Assembly: GCF_009914755.1 (NCBI RefSeq)
Contig: NC_060930.1
Source: the human T2T-CHM13v2.0 reference genome, Homo sapiens
Strand: one strand, 5' to 3'
Length of the DNA: 64,000 nucleotides
The position numbers were made by a program, and so were the translations under genes. Under the pieces are notes generated by a model, which did not search any database, had not been told where the DNA came from, and worked only from the letters and a program-made list of their open reading frames with translations. This document shows, piece after piece, positions 56,333 to 64,000 of this stretch (positions are counted from its first letter, which is position 1; each line of letters opens with the position of its first letter).

Positions 56333-56853
56333 TGTTGGGAATTGAGAAAAAAAAAAGAGCAGCCCCTGACATCCAGATGCTGGACTTGCACTCACAGGGA
56401 GGCCATGTTAGCCTCCTATTAGACATAATCAGTCTCACAGAACACTAATCTCAGACAAGTTATGCTGAAACCATGGTAAAATGAGACAAAACAAGGCCAC
56501 TTCATAATACTATCATAATATTGTCTAAGTAGAGGCAAAAACAAGGTCATTGTGCCACCCACAAATATCCACAAAACACTCCTTTCTCAAAAATTAAATG
56601 CTATTTCTATGCCAGTTACAGTTTTTTCTTTGTGCTAGTCTTCTTTCCCATAGTCTAAGATTGATATACTCAATCATTGACTCTCTCTTGTCACCCCAGC
56701 AAAGTCCAAATATATAATTTGTTCTTTCTACCCCTCTCTTAGACATCTTTCAGTTACCCAGGGTATATATTCCCCCTCTCTGCCACAAATAATAAACCCA
56801 ACTTGTTCAGCTAAAAGTGTGTTGCTGGTGGTTCCTAGGTAGAGGGCATTGAC
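56333..56853 (+). mobile_element. Old ERV1-type solo LTR (subfamily uncertain, MER90-like)
   Basis: TG start; gagcagcccctgacatccag; aataaacccaacttgtt; ends gcattgaca. Confidence 0.5.
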
Positions 56854-57330
56854 AGAATACATAAATAAATTAGTAATTAGTTGGCTCAGCAAACATTCAT
56901 TAAATTGTAGTATGGGATTCCAAGCTACTTGAATGTTTTTAATTAAAGTCTTTGAGAATATGATGAAAGTTACAGACCCTTCTGCCAGAAAAATGAACAT
57001 TCATTCAAACATTTGCACACACTTTCAGAAGTTCAAAGGATTCAAAGATTTCTTTGGTTAAGAGTCTAGGTCTAGTCATTAAAAATAAGCTGTAATCTCT
57101 GATCTCAAGGAACTCAGAATCAGCACATGGGACTAAGGGACACATTTCTTTATTGGGAACATTCCTTAAATAGAGATGACTTGCAAATGAAAAATACCTC
57201 TAAATAGAAAACCTGGATTTGACTAATAAAAAGATTATTGGCAGTGAATATTTTTCTTTCTGTAGTGTTTTAAAGATTAGATAAATCTATTGTACGTTTT
57301 TGGCAATAGCATATTATTTCTGCCTGACTC

Positions 57331-57427
57331 TGTGTGTGTGTGTGTGTGTACATGTGTGTGTGTGAGAGAGAAGAAAAAAGAGAGAGAGGGAGAGGGAAAG
57401 AGAGAGAGAGAGAGAGAAAGAGAGAGA
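57331..57427. repeat. Compound (TG)n-(GA)n microsatellite
   Basis: Seen directly. Confidence 0.9.
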
Positions 57428-58408
57428 AAAAATACTGCAAAATGTGCAAGTCACACATTTGAATGATACAAGATTGTTTTTTCCTTCTCATTTACAAAGT
57501 CTCTCTATCACTTAACAGAGAGAATATGAACAGGGGAGGGAATTGTTTCTCAGTTAAGAAAAATTGTGTTACAAATATCAGTGGGTTTGCATTTGGAGTA
57601 ACCAAACTGCAGAAAGACTGAAAGTCTGATGTATTTTCCCACAACCCTGAAACTTGAGATTGAACTGAGTGTCTGAAATCCTTGGGGGCAAGAACTGTAT
57701 CTTATTTAGTTTGGCATACAAAACACACAGAAAAAGGTACTCAGTAAGTATTTGTTAAAGAAATGTGTAGCCCAAGAGGTACAGTATTTCCAAACTCCCC
57801 TCTCTACTCCTGTGCCCCTTCCCAAGGCCTTTGGTCCAGATTCCAAGCGTGCCTTTCTGCTGATTTTGCCTTCGCAATTGTTTCCTTTCCTTTGGTCTGT
57901 CTGGAGCTCTGTCCTGAATCCCTGCTCAACTGGACTGCTTCTGGGCCTTGAGAAGACTCTAGGTCCAGTCAGCCCCTCATCAGCCTGGGCCTTATTCTTA
58001 CAGACACTCCAGAGTATTGATATATCACAGGTAAACTGTTCGGAGTCTGACATTGGGTGGGCATCATGTAATGAATGTTGGCATCTCCTGCTACCAAAGC
58101 CTTGTCCACCTCCTGAGTTTTTAGTCCCTGAGTTCTAGTCTCACTAGCTCAAACCATCTAGTTCCACTGCTTCTGGGAGCACAACTGGACTTGTGACACT
58201 CCACACCTTCTTCGCAGGGTCCATCTGTGTAGCTGGGTCAGGTCCTGCCTCTATCTTTTTTTGTTACCACACCCATAATGTAAGGCCTCCTTCTGCTCTG
58301 ACGTTCATCTCTGCAGGACTTGCCCTTTGTGCTGATGCCTTATCAGACCTTACATTAGGTTTTTAAAAAACTGTTTATTTTGAAATAATTTTAGATTTAT
58401 AAAAAAGT

Positions 58409-59572
58409 TGTATTAGTTTTCTGGGACAATCTCAACAAATTACCACAAACTTCGTGGCTTAAAAAAACAGGAATTTAGGCCTGGTGCAGTGGCTCACACC
58501 TCTAATCCCAGCACTTTGGGAGGCCAAAGCCTGTGGATCACAAGGTCAGGAGTTCAAGACAGCCTGGCCAAGATGGTGAAACCCTGTCTGTACTAAAAAT
58601 ACAAAAATTAGCCCTGTGTGGTGGCATGAGTTTTTAATCCCAGCTACTTGGGAGGCTGAAGCAGGAGAATTGCTGAACCTGGGAGGCAGAGGTAGCAGTG
58701 AGCCAGAGGCTGAGGCAGGAGAATTGCTGAACCTGGGAGGCAGAGGTAGCAAGGAACCGAGATGGTACCACTGCACTCCAGCCTGGGCGACAGAGCAAGA
58801 CTCCATCTCAGAAAACAACAACACCACCACAAAACAACGATGAAAAGAATTTATTCTTTTCATCGTTTTGGAGGCCAGATGTCCTAAATCAAGGTGTTGC
58901 CAGCACTATGCTTCCTCTGAAGGCTCTCGGGGAGAATTGTTTCTTTCTTCTTCCAGTTTCTAGTGCCTCCTGGTGTTCCTCAGCTTGTGACAATATAACT
59001 CCAATCTCTCTCTCCAACTTTACATAGCCACTATGTTAGTATGTTTGGGCTGCTATAACAAAATGCTTTAGACTGGGTGACTTATAAATAACAGGAATTT
59101 ATTGCTTATGGTTCTGGAGGCTGGGAAATCCAACATCAAGGTGCCAGCAGATAGTGGCTGTTGAGGTCCCATCCTCATGAATGGCCACTTCTTGCTGGGT
59201 CCTCACATGGTAGAAGGGGTGAACATGTTCCCTCCAGCCTCTTTTTAAGAACACTAATTCCATTCATGGTGGCTCTACCCTCATTCCCTAATCACCTCCA
59301 AAAGGCTCCACTTAATAATATTGTACTGGGGATTGTGTTTCAACATATAAATGTTGGGCAGACATGAACATTCATACCACAGCAGGTGCCTTCTCTTTGT
59401 GTTTCGTGGTGTGGTCTCCTCTTCTTATAAGGATATCCGTCATTAGATTTAGATGATTCCTAAATTCAGGATGATCTTGTCTTAACATCCTTAATTTATT
59501 CCCAAATAAGGCCAAGTTTTGAGGTTCTGGATGGACAGGAACTCTTGGGTGACTGTATTCAAACCACTATCA
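58409..59572 (-). mobile_element. MLT1C-like LTR with a nested Alu (58478-58840, +) and a nested MLT1A/MST-like LTR (~59032-59383, -)
   Basis: tgtattagtttt...aacaaattaccacaaact...ggaggccag...aatcaaggtgtt...ttcccaaataagg; the Alu has a 54-bp internal duplication. Confidence 0.75.
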
Positions 59573-61946
59573 TCGCAAAGAGCACAAGGAGTTCCTATAT
59601 ACCTTTCACATCAGCTTATAATCTGATGTGGAGAGCTCCTCAAACGAGGCAGATCAAATAAAACTCCATGCTGCAGGGGTCTACACCCTGGTGCTCAAGA
59701 TCACACCTCTTGGTGCCTACCGATTTCAGGCACCTCACAGAGCTATTTCTTTCTAAGGTCTTGTTACATAAGAGGTATGATGCTAGAGCAGGTTCCAACC
59801 CTTGCTTGGTGGAGAATCTGAGAACATAATTCCCATTTATGTTCCCTGAGATCTACCCTGGGTATTGGTGTTGGGAGACTGCCTTCCCTTTTCTTTTTAA
59901 TTATACTTTGTATTTTGAGATAATTTTAGATTCACAGGCAGTTGAAATATATGAGAAGGAGATCTCGTGTACCATTCCCTGCTTTCTCCCTATGGTAACT
60001 TCCTGTAAAACTATAGTATAATATCACAACCATGATATTGACATTGATACAATTAACCTATCATATTCAGACTTCACCAGTTTTTCTTATATTAGTGTGT
60101 GTGTGTGCATGTGTGTGTATGCGTATTTAGTTTTATGCAAGAAATTTTCTTTTTTAATCCCTCAAAGTGCCAAGTGTTCATTCTCCACCTTCTCCTACAA
60201 CAGATTTTGAGGGCTCATCAAAAAACACTTCAAAATTCAGAAAAAGACTTATATTTAGAAACACAAATCAGCCTGTCTAGCCCCCTGGGGATAGAAGGTG
60301 CCTGACTTCATAGTCAAAGCTTTGACTTCCCATCCCTGATGAGGCTGATGAAATGTCTTCTGTTTATTTCTGAAGAATCAATTCTATTTAGTGGATGATT
60401 TCAAACAAATGTAAGTCAGGTTTTCTGTAAGTCACTTTACTTAAGACATGGGCTTTGGATTTGCAGAGAGGTTTGAATTCTGGTTCTGCCATTTACTAGT
60501 AGTGAAATTTGGGCACATCATAAATGTTTGAGAAAGTTGGGCAGGTGTCAGATCAAGTGTTTGGATTGTAACTTAAAGCTGATATTGAATTATTTTAATT
60601 GGGGGAGTGATACAAGCAGGTTTGCATTTTAGAGAGATCTAGCACAGCTCATTACCATTTTTAGATTACTAGCTCATTTGAGACTTTGAGACTCTGAGAA
60701 AAGCCGTTAAGTTCTTTTTCTATAGAATGCATACATATAATAATATAACTTTAAATATAATTTCAGGAAGCCTCTGAAGACTATGGACTCTAATCTGCAA
60801 ATTCTGGGGTAGAGGAATTTTTTTCTTTTCCCATTGGATATGTGATGAGTTCCTGAGTGGGTGGGAAGGAGGTGAGAGACTTGAGTATATTTATATGCTT
60901 AAGTGACAGAGCCAGTAGAAGGGAGAGGTAGGAATGTAGTAGAGGAGAGAGTTACGGAAATTATTCCATAGCTTCCTCCTTATATCTATAGAGGTAGGAA
61001 GAACTCAATCTCATCTAGAACAAAGGCGATGAGATTATCTCTGGGCTGTAGGAGGGAACCTTCTAGTGAATTAAGAAGGAAAATGGGTGTGGGAATAAAT
61101 GACAATGGGAGATGGAAGGAATACTTAATGGAATTTCCTTCTTTTTTTTTTTTTTTTCTGGGTAGAAAGTAAACTGATTACCTAAGAATGAAGGGAAAGA
61201 AGGTTTGGTAAAAGTAGAGAAGTTTTGGATTAGCTCCCAAGAGAAGTATGGAAAGGTGCTGAAAGATAGTAGGAGATTGGTGGTGAGATTATGGAGTTGG
61301 AGCAGTCCTCAGCGAAGTGTAATTTTTCTCTGGGACCTCTCAACATCCTGCTAAAAGGCAAGAACATAGGTATAATTTTGCAGGGAGAGCACAGTGGAAG
61401 CATCATTTCCTTTTTGTATAAAACAGAGAGATAGTGATGATTTTTTTTGGATTGATTGATAATTTCAGTATGTGCTCATGGACTCATGCCTATAATCACT
61501 TTGGATGGGTGAGGTGGGAGGATTGCTTGAGGCCAGGAGTTCAAGAGCAGCCTGGGCAACATAGGGAGACCCTGTCTCTACAAAAAAAACCTGAAACCCC
61601 AAAACAAAAGAACTCCAATTTGAATATACATGCACACATTGGTTTTGTTGTGGCCTGACTCACATTGCTATCAGCAAAAGGCCCAGTCTGACCCTTGGGG
61701 CCCTGTACAATCTTATGAAAGAATGATATGGCAGAGTAGCAACTCCCTTTCCTTCTCACCTTTCTGTGGTGTTGATCATAGAGGAATTAGGGAATTTCTG
61801 GGCTACGGAGTCCTACTGTTCTAGACCCTAAATTTAAGGGCACGCATTATTTCAGAACATACTAGACAAATTCTCTTTTGCCTTATGAAGTAGCTGTTTT
61901 TTTTTTTTTTTTCTGTTGGATCTAAGATTCCATTAGAAAAAGTGAG

Positions 61947-62085
61947 GAGAGGATAACATTAGGAGACATACCTAATGTAGGTGATGGGTTGATGGGTGCA
62001 GCAAAGCACCGTGACCCACGTATACCTATGTAATAAAACTGTACCTTCTGCACATGTACCCCAGAACTTAAAATATAATAAAAAA
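61947..62085 (+). mobile_element. Short L1PA 3' fragment
   Basis: TSD agaaaaagtgag on both sides; cacatgtaccccagaacttaaa plus poly-A. Confidence 0.85.
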
Positions 62086-62207
62086 AGAAAAAGTGAGAAG
62101 AAAATAAGATAAGTAGAAATCAGATGCCTTTGTAAGTACATATAATTCATGACTGTCAGGGTGGACAGTGCTATGTGAGCACATTTAAACTCCGTTAACT
62201 ATCAATT

Positions 62208-62395
62208 ATGTTGAACACCTTTTCATATGCCTGTTTGCCATTTGTATATCTTCTTTTGAGAAATGTCTGTTCAAATCTTTTCCCTATTTTTTGATCCCGT
62301 TATTTGATTTTTTCCTATAGAGTGGTTTGAGCTCCTTATATATTCTGATTATTAATCCCTTGTCAGATGGGTAGTTTGCAAATATTTTCTCCCAT
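62208..62395 (-). mobile_element. Isolated L1MA ORF2 fragment
   Basis: atgttgaacaccttttcatatgcctgtttgccatttg...aatattttctcccat. Confidence 0.75.
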
Positions 62396-62854
62396 AAAAT
62401 TAAAATATGATCAATATTCTTTTGGTGGTAATAACTTTTTTTTCCTTTATTCCTTCTTTTCCATTTTGTAGTGGATATTGTAAGGATTATTAACTGTATT
62501 CCATTACAATTGCTCTAGGAATAGTTATTTGATAAAATAAACATTTACATATCTGATAAGTACATGGTTGTCCCCATATGGATTGAGAAGTAACTGGAGG
62601 GAAATCAACCTTGACATTCAAAAGTGCTACTTCTCTGAGTCTCCTAATATTATAAGGTTGAACTTCACCAGCTTATCAGCCTGCAGGAAGTGGGTTGTCC
62701 TGGGTCTACGGAATGGAAAGCTGATAGATAAACCTCAGGTGTATTCTCTTCTCTGGTCACATCTGTTTTCAAATTTTTCTCATTGGGCTGGATAGAAAGT
62801 CTATAGAAAGTTAATCCTCTGGATGTCTATGTTGAAAGAACCTCTTTTTAAAAC

Positions 62855-64000
62855 TTTTTTAAATTTTTTTTATTTTCATAGGTTTTGGGGGGAATGGGTG
62901 GTGTTTTCTTACATGAATAAGTTATTTAGTGGTGATTTCTGAGATTTTGGTGCACCCATCGCCTGGGCAGTATACACAGTACCCAGCTGGTAGCCTTTTA
63001 TCCCTTATCCCCTTCCTATCTTTTCCCCTGAGTCCCCAAAGTCCATTGCATCATTCTTATGCCTTTGGATCCTCATAGCTTAGCTCCCACTTATGAGTGA
63101 GAGCATATGATGTTTGGTTTTCCATTCCCAAATTACTTCCAATTCCATCCGGGTTGCTGCAAATGCCATTATTTCATTCATTTTTGTGGGTGAATAGTAT
63201 TCCATGGTATGTATATACCACAGTTTCTTTATCCACTTGCTTGATGGGCATTTGGGCTGGTTTCAGATTTTTGCAATTGTTAAATTCTGCTGTTGTAAAC
63301 ATGTGTGTGCAAGTACTTTTTTTTATAATGACTTCTTTTCCTCTGGGTGTATAACCAGTAGTGGGATTGCTGGATCAAATGGTAGTTCTATTTTTAGTTC
63401 TTTAAGGAATCTCCACAGTGTTTCCCATAGTGGTTGTACTGGTTTACATTCCCACCAGCAGTGTAAAAGTGTTTCTTTTTCACCACATCCCTGCCAACAT
63501 CTATTACTTTTTGATTATGGACATTTTTATGGGAGTAAGATGGTATCACATTGTGGTTTTGATTTGCATTTCCCTGATTATTACTGATGTTGAGCATTTT
63601 TCATATGTTTGTTGGCCATTTGTATATCTTCTTTTGAGAATTGTTTATTTATGTCCTTAGCCCACTTTTTGATGGGATTTTTGTTTTTTATTTCTTGCTA
63701 ATTTGTTGGAGTTCCTTGTATTACAGATTCTGGATATTAGTCCTTTGTTAGATGCATAGATTGTGAAAATTTTCTCCCACTCTGTGTGTTGTCTGTTTAC
63801 TCTGCTGATTGTTTCTTTTGCTGTGCAGAAGCTTTTAAGTTTAATTAAATCCTATCTATTTATCTTGGCTTTTGCTGCATTTGCTTTTGGGTTCTTGGTC
63901 ATGAAGTCTTTGCCTAAGCTAATGTCTAGAAGTGTTTTTCCAATGTTATCTTCTACAGTTTTTATGGTTTCAGATCTTAGATTTAAATCCTTGATTCATC
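62855..64000 (-). mobile_element. L1PB 3' portion running off the window
   Basis: L1PB 3'UTR and ORF2 C-terminus. Confidence 0.9.

Overview
Primate (human-like) genomic DNA made almost entirely of interspersed repeats: Alus, L1PA/L1PB/L1MA, ERV1 and MaLR LTR elements, L2/MIR and a Charlie DNA transposon. I recognise no intron-containing host gene. Three retrocopies are present: a SMIM11 processed copy on the minus strand whose 58-codon ORF is still intact (28572-28748, below the ORF-track length cutoff), a decayed, 3'-amputated HSP90AB1 pseudogene fragment, and a 5' fragment of U4 snRNA. The most striking feature is structural. One MER93-like/MER57-group provirus appears broken into four pieces, re-ordered and re-oriented over ~34 kb. 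Its two LTRs carry the same 4-bp TSD (ACAC) and the two halves of one MIR, yet lie in swapped order with their internal sequences facing outward. There are also unusual retrotransposition products: an Alu-L1PB fusion inside one TSD, an L1PA2 with a distant 46-nt inverted piece, and a U4/L1 junction. Repeat subfamily names come from recalled consensus sequences and need RepeatMasker/Dfam confirmation. Coordinates of old repeats are approximate. No new biological system is demonstrated.
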